A stretch of 64,000 bases of DNA, taken from Epithemia pelagica. Its lineage: Eukaryota; Protista; Bacillariophyta. The stretch covers positions 6,262,001 through 6,326,000 of the forward strand of contig OX337229.1 in NCBI GenBank assembly GCA_946965045.2, in the 5' to 3' direction. The number at the start of each line of letters is the position of its first letter. Positions within the stretch are counted from its first letter, which is position 1. This document shows positions 11,222-21,446 of the stretch, one piece after another. The translations under genes were made by a program, and so were the position numbers. Below the pieces are notes generated by a model that made no database searches, had not been told where the DNA came from, and saw only the letters and a list, made by a program, of their open reading frames with translations.

Positions 11222-12667
11222 TCATTCGTTCGGGGAATGTTCAATGGGAGTAACTTGCCATGGATAGTTGAGACGGTCAGATATAATGGACCATCCATGT
11301 AGTCGACGGTGGGTTTTCATTTGTTTCCTGAGATACCCACATCTCTCGATAGCACGGAGGATAGAGGTTGTGAATCGTAGACTTTCTTGTTCATGTTCGT
11401 CACTTGCCTTTGTCACTTGCTCGTGTAATTCAGACGATGTGATCCAACCACCAGGTACATGGTGCTCAACAAGAAAGCAAATCATGTGATAAAGACACAG
11501 TATCTTTGAATCCAGAGAGAAGTTACTTGAAATGAACGAGACTTGATTTGTCCATTTTAGTACACAAGAAAGAGTGCGGCGACTTACACTAGCTCTGCTC
11601 CATGTTGGTTCCGGTATCGACTTGATGTTATCTGGCGGCGTGTTATTCAGTAATGGTAGCAACCTGTTTTTCGTTCCAGCTCTGGTACCGAGGCAACGGC
11701 GAGGGATGAAGATGATAAGACCAATGCCCCAGGTTTCATGGGAGCTCATGGACGTAAACTTAGCGATGCATCTTGTTCGTCGATCTGGAATTGTTGGAAG
11801 AAGTTCCTGGACTTTGCGAAAATAAGGCAAGGGATTAGAGCAATTGAGACCTGTTGTTACTCCACGTGGGTCCATCCGGTTTTTAGACGATTGTAGATGT
11901 GAGTCATAGTGATATCCAGACAAAACCACACCGCATTTACACCATTTACCGAGTGTGACGAAAGCCACGCGGTCAATAAATTCCTTTGGTCCATTCATTG
12001 TTAAAAGCATTGTGTCCATTCGAGCACCGGTGAGTATTTCATCAACGATGATATGAAAATCATGATGCTTCGACAACAGACCGACTCTTTTTAGAAATCG
12101 ATTGCTCAATGTGCAACCATTCGAGGCCAACAGTAGCTCGAGGAAAAGAACAGTCACGCGCTGGCCGATTGCTTCTTGGTAAATACATCTCTTGTGAAGA
12201 CCTTGGAGACATAAATCCTCGTAGGAAATTTGTCCTCGTTCTCCCATGACACCTTCAATGCAGTAGGGTAGGGCGATGGTCCTCGACCGTGCTGGGACAG
12301 AGATATCATTGCTTGTGGGTTCATGAATGTAAGATGGGCCTTCATTGACGCGGAAGTCGGCTGTAGACCAGGGTTGTAAAGGACCCAAATCTCCAGCGAC
12401 ATAACTTCCACAGCCAATGAGGACACCATGAGTGTCCCCGTTGCATAAGCTTGTAATAGCGAACAAATTGGCGTCGGATCCATTGGGAGTAAGTTTCTCT
12501 AAATTGAAATATCCATTTGTAGTGTTCTTGATAATCGCACGAAGTTCGATCTCTGATCTCTTGTCGGATGATATATAAGAATCAACTGCTTTACGTTTCG
12601 TTGACTGCCGGCGTAAATCGGGTAGAACATACGACGCACCCCAGTTATTTGCAAAATCGTCCGCCAT
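11222..12667 (-). CDS. Class III PLP-dependent aminotransferase-fold protein with possible C-terminal winged helix (481 aa)
   Basis: Class III motifs in correct order: NGSDANLFAI, GSYVAG, LFLELLLASNG, IIVDEILTGAR, VTLGKW (candidate PLP lysine at 11945-11947). Confidence 0.75.
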   Translation of the reverse strand: MADDFANNWGASYVLPDLRRQSTKRKAVDSYISSDKRSEIELRAIIKNTTNGYFNLEKLTPNGSDANLFAITSLCNGDTHGVLIGCGSYVAGDLGPLQPWSTADFRVNEGPSYIHEPTSNDISVPARSRTIALPYCIEGVMGERGQISYEDLCLQGLHKRCIYQEAIGQRVTVLFLELLLASNGCTLSNRFLKRVGLLSKHHDFHIIVDEILTGARMDTMLLTMNGPKEFIDRVAFVTLGKWCKCGVVLSGYHYDSHLQSSKNRMDPRGVTTGLNCSNPLPYFRKVQELLPTIPDRRTRCIAKFTSMSSHETWGIGLIIFIPRRCLGTRAGTKNRLLPLLNNTPPDNIKSIPEPTWSRASVSRRTLSCVLKWTNQVSFISSNFSLDSKILCLYHMICFLVEHHVPGGWITSSELHEQVTKASDEHEQESLRFTTSILRAIERCGYLRKQMKTHRRLHGWSIISDRLNYPWQVTPIEHSPNE

Positions 12668-13334
12668 TAGATGGACTGTTGTATGACTGTTGAATGGAAT
12701 GCTTCAACGACTGTTTAGTAGAAGAAAAGGATATAACTTGAAACAAACGATACAGAATGTGATCTTAAAAATAAGCATGTGAAAAAAAGGAAACGAGAGA
12801 GAGATGAGAGAGACGAGACGAGAGACACACACACAAAAATATCTTTTGAAATATACAGGGTCCTTGAAAAAAGTGAGGCGAAATATGCACGAAAGGAAAG
12901 AAGGGTCGGCTTACTTTTGATTGTTGTTGCAAGACCAAATGAGTTCAAAACCGTGAATGACTTCTTTTGTAATATTTGCTATACTGATTTGATTTAACAA
13001 TATTCGTCTTACTACCTAGAAGTTGTGTTATTTGATTTGAGTGGGAGCATGAAAACTGCTCTACGTAAAATCGTTTCAAACGAAGGAGTATGAATATGAA
13101 TATTATACAAATATTGCATAACTGGCCTATCGTATAGGGGAATATGGGTGTATGGTGTAAAATTACATAAGGGTCATTGAAAGAGTTGAATATTGATATA
13201 TATATAACCCCATGGTTTGAAACGATATATAAGTATTATTGTGTTTCTTAGGACATGTGTTGTCAGGCGTATGAGTCAACTTAGACCATACGCATGTCTG
13301 TTAGTAAAATACATAGACAAAATCAAAACAATCA

Positions 13335-14612
13335 TTGGATGTCAGTGGTTTGGAATATCATACAATATTGCAGACTAACGATATATGCACGCCGGATGAG
13401 CATGAGAACGCGGGTTATAGAGAGAGAGGACCACACACATGGTATAAAGGATGTGTAGGTGTAAAACTGTGTGGTGAGCAGAAATCCAAAAATATGTCTG
13501 TGTCGTCCTCGTCGTCTTCGTCTTCGTCTTCGTCTTCGTCGCCAGGGTATGGAAATACCGTTTATGTGAACGACGTCCCGTATTTCGATTGGACATTAAT
13601 GGATAATATCCGGATTGGCTCGTTTATGGCCATTCAATTGCGAGAGGACGACGAGGATTCGAAGGAAATAACTATCGCGCGGTTGGAGGAACGGGTGAAA
13701 GATGAAGATGATGATCCAGATTCAGAAAAAACCACTATCAGAATTCGGCTGTTTCTTCCATTGTTTCGCAGTAATCGCTTGAAGTGGTATCCAAATCTTC
13801 CATCACACACGCGCAACAAGATACAGAACGGGTGTGGATCTAAGAACGATGAAGTTTACGAATCAAGAGAAGTTCTGTGGATTGATGGGGAAAAACCAGA
13901 CTACAAAGTAAAGTTGCTATTTCCGGTTTTTGTTTTTACTCTACGTGAGTTGGAGAAAAGTGGTAATGCATGGGCAGAAGGAATGTGCAACGTGTATGTC
14001 GTCAGATTTTGGCATAACACGATCAATTCTTATGTGAAGCCTACAAGACATCGCCTCGAGGAACTCCCACCTACGGTTACTATGGGTTTCCCAAATACCC
14101 ATCCTGGGTATGACCATCCATCGAATCTTGTGGTTCCAAGACGATGTCTACATCGTAGTATTTGGATTGGATTATACAATCTACAAAAAAAAATGGACAA
14201 GGAATTGAACAAACTGGGCGGTCTATCAACTACTTCTACTCAACGAGAAGTGTCGTTGAAGGTTGGGTATTATTTTCCGAATGAATGCATTCAATATATC
14301 CATACAGTGGCTAATTCGGTTGTATCTCGTCAGAGTCTTGTTATGTCCTGCCATGGAGGGATTCTGAGTTTTGAGAAACATGAAGACTTGTTGTATCTCA
14401 ATTCCCTTTTCGGAAAACATGCGAGTTCGTCATCGGGAGTGCGTTCTATCCCTGTTGGTGGATCGATCAGTGAAAAACCACTCAAGCGACGACTACATCT
14501 TAACAATGATGCGGAAAAAGAGAATGCCGAGAAAAATGATAAAAAGGAAAGTAGTGTTGCTGATGCTTCTGACGATGGTAAACGTCGACGACGATGTGAC
14601 GAGAGAAAATAA
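13335..14612 (+). CDS. Protein with a BAH-like beta domain; likely ATG at 13494
   Basis: Long ORF. The pattern IRIGSFMAIQL...IARL...IRIRLFLPL...EVYESREVLWID...VFVF...NVYVVRF resembles bromo-adjacent-homology domains; basic C-terminus (KRRRR). The family call is by eye only. Confidence 0.45.
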   Translation: MDVSGLEYHTILQTNDICTPDEHENAGYRERGPHTWYKGCVGVKLCGEQKSKNMSVSSSSSSSSSSSSSPGYGNTVYVNDVPYFDWTLMDNIRIGSFMAIQLREDDEDSKEITIARLEERVKDEDDDPDSEKTTIRIRLFLPLFRSNRLKWYPNLPSHTRNKIQNGCGSKNDEVYESREVLWIDGEKPDYKVKLLFPVFVFTLRELEKSGNAWAEGMCNVYVVRFWHNTINSYVKPTRHRLEELPPTVTMGFPNTHPGYDHPSNLVVPRRCLHRSIWIGLYNLQKKMDKELNKLGGLSTTSTQREVSLKVGYYFPNECIQYIHTVANSVVSRQSLVMSCHGGILSFEKHEDLLYLNSLFGKHASSSSGVRSIPVGGSISEKPLKRRLHLNNDAEKENAEKNDKKESSVADASDDGKRRRRCDERK

Positions 14613-14707
14613 AACCACAAAAGGATAAAAATATAACGAAGACGATTAAACGGTTAGATGTGAACGGACTTAACTTTCAAGCAGTTAGTATCGACCGATT
14701 TATAAAT

Positions 14708-14853
14708 TATTCGGTTTGAAATTTTGTTTATTTGGTATTCGGTTAGCAATAAATCGAATTGGAAATGTTCGGTCGTTGTAACTGGATAAAAATGGAGGGA
14801 AGTGTCGTTCGCCTTATTCGGTTAGGGTTGGATCGATTAATTAATATTCGGTT
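14708..14853 (+). repeat. Four copies of TATTCGGTT (candidate subterminal repeats)
   Basis: Copies at 14708, 14736, 14815 and 14845 in AT-rich non-coding DNA. Confidence 0.75.
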
Positions 14854-15604
14854 AACAGAATAGTTACTCAGTCTAGAAATGACTTGCAGTGTAGAGGAGA
14901 AGACTCATCTATCTATTATCCCACCTTTTGCTATGTGTTCTAGCTCCCGAGATTAGGGGTGCAAAGGGCAATATCAATAGGCAATATTATTCTAGATAAC
15001 TCAATCTCCTACAATAAGGAAATGGAATGAACTCAGACTGGATCTTAGTATTTACTATGGCCCTCGTGAATAATATCCAGTAGGGGCTTATCAGAGAACA
15101 ATTTTACCGTAAGGACCCAGTCAAATTGTTTCGTGAGCAAGCACAATCATAAAAGCTAACTGGGAAGGAAAACATCCAATGATGGTATCTGCACTTAGTG
15201 AATGAGTCGGCCATGGTCCCCGTACTGCCATGCCGTATCAATGACATCTTACGCCCATACTCTCCAACCCATCTTCAAGGATTGACTTCACCCGTGAGTG
15301 ACCCGGCGTGAGAGCAACAAACCAATTGCTTCGGAAGATTGTAATCGCTTGACCGAGAGATGTCCTCATTTTTTTCGGGAGAGGTCAAGGACCAACCGAT
15401 ACATGCAAATCGGTAGGTGCACTTCTCGCCAATTGACCTCCGTGCCACTGATTCTTCAAAACCTTTTGGGCGCCCTTGTTTCGATCGACCTGCCCTCATC
15501 TTTTCTTTGTCTTTTTTTCTTGAAGGAAATTCAAGTCTTTACGCTATCTTTTGAATCCTTTTCCATCGTCTTTCACGTGGCATTTTTGCAGATCGGTTTC
15601 CACC

Positions 15605-17745
15605 ATGAAAGTTGCATCACTTCCACATTATGGCTCTTTCTCTCTTGGCCCCAGCACGCTCCTCTGCTTTTTCTTGGTGGCTTTGAACTGTAAGGCATTT
15701 GCAATGGACAACACTGCGTCCTCGTTCGACCAAGACGAGCAAAGTCGACGTGAGCGCAAACTCAATTTCTTGCGAACAGCAGAACGCCTCTCGCTTGAGA
15801 AGTTTATCAAGAAAAACAGAATCAAGGACAAAGACCCAGACCATCTTCCCCTCGTACTAGTCGAAAAACAAGATACTGGAGTGTGGTTCGATGAATGCTT
15901 CGTCTCGTTCGACAAAAGTCTTCTAAAAGAAATCAAGCTGTTTGGCCATGAGTCACATGTTATTGTTGACAATGTGGAGCAAACCACCAACATTCCCGCT
16001 ATTTACAAGAGCAAAGACTGCGATGCAGCTGTTACTTTCACATCCGAAGGCGCTTTGCATGCAGTGACATCATCAAGGAGCTCCGATGAAATCATCAAGG
16101 TGGGCCAGCATACTTATGTTCTTCTGAAGAAAGAAATCGCCGAAAAGCGCGAATTCTCTGGCCGGGTACTCCATGCGGTACACCCTCCTTCCAATGCCAC
16201 TACGGGATCCAATCTTCGTCGACGGCAACAGACCGTAGCTCTCGAAGACATGATGATTCCAGGCCGTGCCCTAACGGAATCAACCTGTGATTCATACTGG
16301 GAGGTTGAGGTAATTTTCGTTGTCGATTCCCGAACGTGCCTAGACCTGGGGGGTACAGATGAATTGGTCAAACTTGTATTCGTTCAGGTTCTAGAGAAAG
16401 TCAATGAGATTTATGATGCACTCTGCATCAAAATCTTGCCGAAGGATCTTATCATCTTTTGCGACCAAAACACTGATCCCATCCACCAGATGATCCAAGA
16501 CAACCAGAACAACCTTTGCTCCAAAGGCCAAGGCCTTCTCAGGGAGTTCAGGAACGAACTTGTGAGTTCTTCGGGTATTGCAGGGCTTCGATTCAACGAA
16601 TCAGATATCTGGCACCTGTACTATGGCTATGATTATGGAGATACTATCGGCTGCGCGTATGTCAACACGCTTTGTCACGGCAATGGCTACAATCTGGCTG
16701 GTAGCGAGCTGATGTTCAGCGATATCATTGCTGATTTAGCTGCTCTCACAGCCCGTAAGTGATTCGCGCTTCGAATGCAATAATTCAAAACATGGTTCTC
16801 ATAACTAACAATTGTAACTAACATTCGCCTGCAGATGAGATTGGACACAACTTTAACGGAGCACACGGCCTAGCTGATAGTGAAACCATAATGCAGGCTA
16901 GTATTTGCGATGCGTGTTCGACGTTCTCGCATGATAACACGGTAATTATCACGGACACTATGATAAACCATGAGGGACCGAGTTGCGTTGCCACATCCGA
17001 AGAATCGTTCTTTGACGACGACACCACACCTGCCCCCACCGATTCCCCCACCTTGGCCCCTACTGATTCTCCGACAACTCAACCCACGGATTCACCTACA
17101 TCTCGACCAACTCATGATCCAACCATGTCTCCGACAATGTTACCTACGGCTGTTCCTACGTTGATGCCTACCGCAAGTCCCTCCTTTGCGCCAACTTCTT
17201 CAACTGCCATGCCGATTGCACCGCCGTCGCCCGCCCCGACCAATTTACCTACTGGGGTACCCACCGAATGGCCGACTTCGCCGCCTACCGAACAACCGAC
17301 CCTGACGCCTACGGCAAGGCCCACGTTGAAACCAACATCAACACCCACATCAAGCCCAACCCCTGTGCCCACTGTTTCGCCTACTTCGGCACGGCCGACT
17401 TCGCCGCCTACCGAACAACCGACATCGACGCCAACAGAAAGGCCCACGTCGAGCCCAACATCAACACCAACATTGAGCCCAACCCCTGTGCCCACTGTTT
17501 CGCCTACTTCTACGCCAACATCGTCTCCGGTGACTCCGGTGCCCACTGTTTCGCCTACTTCTACGCCAACATCGTCTCCGGTGACTCCGGTGCCCACTGT
17601 TTCGCCTACCTCTAGGCCAACATCTTCTCCCGAGGAACACAATGAAAAGAAGCCCAAGAGCGAGAAGAGCGAGAAGAGCGAGAAAAGTCGTAGGATCCGT
17701 TTGCGTTTTCTGCGACGAAATGGTGTACATCACTCATTACGTTGA
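15605..17745 (+). CDS. Secreted metzincin (M12B/reprolysin-like) zinc metalloprotease with Pro/Thr-rich tail; exons 15605-16754 and 16835-17745
   Basis: Hydrophobic signal-like N-terminus; prodomain; EVEVIFVVDS; TIGCAYVNTLC. Splicing rebuilds HEIGHNFNGAH followed by a Met-turn (TIMQ). Confidence 0.85.
16755..16834 (+). other. 80-nt spliceosomal intron
   Basis: GTAAGT donor, CTAAC branch-like motifs, CTGCAG acceptor; removal restores the frame and the zinc-binding motif. Confidence 0.9.
17025..17620 (+). repeat. Coding PTxxPT mucin-like repeats, including about 123-bp and 51-bp internal duplications
   Basis: Repeated GTGCCCACTGTTTCGCCTAC units encoding PVPTVSPTSTPTSSPVT. Confidence 0.85.
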
Positions 17746-17963
17746 AGAAGCTGTGAAGTCAATGCATGATACATAACCGCTTTCCTTCTCTACTCGCTAT
17801 TATGCGACGGGTTGTACCATTCCATCTTCCTGGACGTCAATGAATGCGAAAAGTTTTCAGAGAAGAGACTGCCAATCACTACACCCTTTTCATTCATATA
17901 TGAATCAACCCATCTTAGAAATCATCAAGTAGACTCTTCATAACCTTCGTGGAACTAAATATC

Positions 17964-20594
17964 TTAGTTGTCTTTCGTAACGACCATTCCACGAAACATG
18001 TTGCGGGGATCGTTAATGTACTTTGCTCCATCCGGCATTTCCGTTGTCACAGACTCTTCACCACCCAGTTCATGCAATCGCTCGTCCATCAGTTTTCCCA
18101 ACTGCTCACGTTCTACAATGGAAAGGGGCTCGTCATTGCAATCATGAGTTGGAACTCCTGAGGAATCAAACCACGTGTACTTTGGATGCTTGTGCTTCTT
18201 TCGATACCTCGTTTCTGTCGGATCAAATCCATGCTCCTTTGCACCAAATAAGGCCCAGACCGGTGTTGGGGCTGTGTAGTCCCGAACGGTGAAAGCATAT
18301 TTTGAAGCATCGGAGGGATTCTCTGTCATTGCTTTGGAATGTCGTTTGGCCAACTCATGGAACTTATCGTAATCGATCCATGTGTTCCATTGAACCACCT
18401 TTCCTGTCGCAGGATCCGTGTCTGCAAAGAGATCCACGCGGGCCAAGAGGACACTGCACGAGTGCTGATGTTCACATGCCAAACCATATTCTGGCAAGAC
18501 TTGTTCGTTCTTGTCCCCTGATTTCAATTGCTGTTCTCGAATCTTTTGTAGCTCACGTTGCAGCTGCTGTGTCAAGGCCACGACTTCGTGGTGCCATGGT
18601 GTATTGGACATGTTCAAATTGGACGCATCCGACTTTCCGCAGAACGTTACACCCTTGACTTCTACCAGAGTCACGTGGCCCAATGCAATTAATTGCGCAT
18701 ACCCCTGTAGTTCATCCAAGTTCCAGCCCTTGACCACTGTTAACCTAGCGACGGTTCGTTGTCCCTTGTCCTTGAGATATTTCAAAGATTCCCGCAACCG
18801 TTCCCATGCATCTTTAAAAAGGGGACGGTCAATTTCAATCAAACTCTGTTTGGTGGGTGCATCGACACTGACGTATAATTGGGTTATGGGGCGCAAGGTT
18901 TCAATGGCGGCTGGATGCTGTCCATTGGTTACCAAAAACGTGGATATTCTTCGGTCATGCAATTCACCCAGTAATTCATGAATGCGTGGGTACATTATGG
19001 GTTCGCCTACCAAACTTAAAGCACAGTGACGAACAGTATGTGCCTCCTGCCATCGATCCATTCGTACTCCGGGAATACCCCGGGTTTCTTGAATCATTTT
19101 AATGTGTGTCTGCACGGCTTGCTCCACGATAAAGTCGGGATCATCCGTCTTCCATCTCCACTCCTTGCCCACGGGATTCTTGTGGTGTCTCCAACAAAAG
19201 ACGCATTTGTTGCCACAGGCCAAACTGGGTGTCGCTTCCATGCACTGGTAACTGATAATTCCATAGAAACTGTGCTTGTAACAGCCCCCTCTACCGCGTA
19301 ATTGATGCTTTGTCCAGCGACAAAGTTTCACCGCACTGTGGGTACCAATCAATTTGTACCCCTCTTTTTTCAAGGCGGCTGCCTGACTGGGAGTTACCAT
19401 CTCACGCGGCTCGTTGGTATTCTCACAAGTTTGTCCATTCTTGCTTTTACTACTACGAGCCATAGCATCACCCATATCTTCCATATCCATGATTTCGGGT
19501 TCCTCCTGCTCCTCGTCCGAAAAGTCGTCCTCGTCGTCGAATACATCCTCCTCCTCATCGTCTTCCTCCAGAACGTCCTGCCGCTGGTCCTTGGATTGAC
19601 AGCATCCTTCTTCCTTGCCATTTGTATTAGTGTCTGTTTTACATCCACACGAAGAATCCTTGCCCTCGTCCACCGTTTGGAGTGTCGTCGTCGGAATCTG
19701 CCTCTTGGTACGCTGTGCTGGTTCCTTTTTTTGAATTTGTTGCACGAGATTTGCCAACCACGATTGGTAGGTGTCCCAGGCATGCGTTCCCACAGCCGAA
19801 TCTCCCACTTGCAATCGTACAATGCACTTGGCTCCCAAGGTTTGCAGCTGTCGGACGGCTTCTCGTGCCGGTCGTCCTAGAGTGCCATCGTCGTAGGCCG
19901 ACGAGCCCACACCCAAAATACCCACCTGAATCTTGCCCTTGAGGGGATGTTTGGCAATCCGCCAATCCGTATCCAATTCTTGCAAGGCAGATTGCAAGGG
20001 AACAGAGGGTGGCGTCCAGGCTCCTTCCGTATACGTGGGCAACAAAATTAGCAAAATTGGCAAGGCGTTGGTCGTTGATCGTTTGGAAAGGCCAGTGTCA
20101 TCGTCTTGACTGTCATCGTTGATGAGTTCATCCCACCAATCAATTTCTGGAATGGCCGCCAGTTGCACATGACGATGAGGAAACTTTGTTTGCCTTCCTT
20201 GTTGCATAAATTCCAAAAAGGCTTGCCACAAAATATCTCGATCTTGTTCTTCTTGTACCGGTCCATTGGTCCCATTTGTTCCCAACAAGGCTCGAATATA
20301 AATATCTTGCGCCTTGCGTTTGCGTTCTCGATCTTGCGCAAATTGGGCAAAGGACAACCACACGGTTCCGACACTACCCGCCACTGGACAATGCGTCGCT
20401 TGTTCGTAGGCTTCCATGGCCGACTTGAATTGTTGACAAGAGGACAAAAATTCGGCATAGGCGAGCCAGAGTGTCACAATGGCTTGTTGCAGAGTATCAT
20501 ACTCCATGCGGTTGTTATTGTTGTTGTTGTTGGCCAATAGTTCGCGAGCATCGTCCACCCACGTCAACAAGGCCGATTGAAAATTCAAAGTCAT
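17964..20594 (-). CDS. TYW1: tRNA wybutosine-synthesising radical SAM enzyme TYW1 (partial flavodoxin + radical SAM), N-terminally fused to a HAT/TPR-like fragment
   Basis: GYKLIGTHSAVKLCRWTK, GGCYKHSFYGI, CMEATPSLACGNKCVFCWRHH (CxxxCxxC), HCALSLVGEP, STFLVTNGQHP, EVKGVTFCG. Confidence 0.92.
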   Translation of the reverse strand: MTLNFQSALLTWVDDARELLANNNNNNNRMEYDTLQQAIVTLWLAYAEFLSSCQQFKSAMEAYEQATHCPVAGSVGTVWLSFAQFAQDRERKRKAQDIYIRALLGTNGTNGPVQEEQDRDILWQAFLEFMQQGRQTKFPHRHVQLAAIPEIDWWDELINDDSQDDDTGLSKRSTTNALPILLILLPTYTEGAWTPPSVPLQSALQELDTDWRIAKHPLKGKIQVGILGVGSSAYDDGTLGRPAREAVRQLQTLGAKCIVRLQVGDSAVGTHAWDTYQSWLANLVQQIQKKEPAQRTKRQIPTTTLQTVDEGKDSSCGCKTDTNTNGKEEGCCQSKDQRQDVLEEDDEEEDVFDDEDDFSDEEQEEPEIMDMEDMGDAMARSSKSKNGQTCENTNEPREMVTPSQAAALKKEGYKLIGTHSAVKLCRWTKHQLRGRGGCYKHSFYGIISYQCMEATPSLACGNKCVFCWRHHKNPVGKEWRWKTDDPDFIVEQAVQTHIKMIQETRGIPGVRMDRWQEAHTVRHCALSLVGEPIMYPRIHELLGELHDRRISTFLVTNGQHPAAIETLRPITQLYVSVDAPTKQSLIEIDRPLFKDAWERLRESLKYLKDKGQRTVARLTVVKGWNLDELQGYAQLIALGHVTLVEVKGVTFCGKSDASNLNMSNTPWHHEVVALTQQLQRELQKIREQQLKSGDKNEQVLPEYGLACEHQHSCSVLLARVDLFADTDPATGKVVQWNTWIDYDKFHELAKRHSKAMTENPSDASKYAFTVRDYTAPTPVWALFGAKEHGFDPTETRYRKKHKHPKYTWFDSSGVPTHDCNDEPLSIVEREQLGKLMDERLHELGGEESVTTEMPDGAKYINDPRNMFRGMVVTKDN

Positions 20595-21159
20595 ACTTTT
20601 CCGTTTACTTGTTTTGAGCCGCTTGAATCACCACATTGGGGTCGTATTTGTTGGTGGATTGTTGCAATTCGTTTGTCGAGGACATGTTGAGTGTCTTTGT
20701 GGCTCGCTGCTGGTGAGTCTGTGAGAGGTGAACAGCGGATGCGTTTCATGGAGCTGTGGATGGAGTCTCTGTGGGGTAAGGTATCGTCTCCGGAGTTTTT
20801 GGCTGATGAATCCAGTATAAAATCAAGAATAAATGGAATTTGGACGGAAAAAAGCCAAAATCTATTTCAAATTTGAAATCACGTTTCGGAATCAAGTTTT
20901 CCAAAGAGATCCATACGCACACAATGGGTTGATCCACACAGATCTTTCCACCTTCGTCCTTTCTACTCCATTTCTCAACGTTATGCTCTCTACGGAAATC
21001 CTCTCTCAGCGTGTCCACTTAGCAGCAGCAAAAGCAGAATGTCCAACCGGAATGGAAAATGGTGCTTTCGGTACGACCGACCTTCCTCATCGCCCCATCT
21101 GGTACGTGATTGTGTCGAGCGTGTGGTGGTGGTTGTGGTTGTTTTGCCTCTCACTCTCT

Positions 21160-21446
21160 TTTTCCTGGACGAACGGCCGTCATGACCATTCATGACATGG
21201 GACGAGTCCAAGAAAAGATTCTCTTGCATACGCTCGCCACCAAACAAGATATGCATGCCTTGATGCAGCGCAAGGGATTTGTCCAAAAGAAGCCAAGTTT
21301 GCAATCCGAACAAACGACACGGGCGACACTCGAACGGTTGAAACAATCATCAACAATCGATTTAACGACACGGTCCATTCTTCGAAGTGGTGCCGCCAGT
21401 ACAACGGCAAATAATCTCGCACAACGCCATACGGACGAGGAATTGC
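21160..21446 (+). pseudogene. Sep15/SelM(SelF)-like thioredoxin-fold C-terminal fragment
   Basis: PGRTAVMTIHDMGRVQEKILLHTLATKQDMHALMQRKGF resembles the Sep15/SelM C-half and is followed by HTDEEL (ER-retention-like). The N-terminal redox motif is absent and no stop follows EEL. Confidence 0.4.

Larger units (their letters stand above)
4903..14891. mobile_element. Putative large multi-gene CMC (CACTA/EnSpm-like) DNA transposon; left end not in window
   Basis: Transposase-like ORF plus three tightly packed accessory ORFs; clustered TATTCGGTT repeats then CAGTG (reverse complement CACTG) at 14887-14891 as a candidate right end. Boundaries are inferred. Confidence 0.5.

Noticed and set aside
14890-15013. 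Possible 124-bp solo LTR (TGTAGAGGAG...TCTCCTACA)
   Set aside because: Flanks (TGCAG versus ATAAG) give no TSD, and it overlaps the alternative CACTG terminus; unresolved without other copies.
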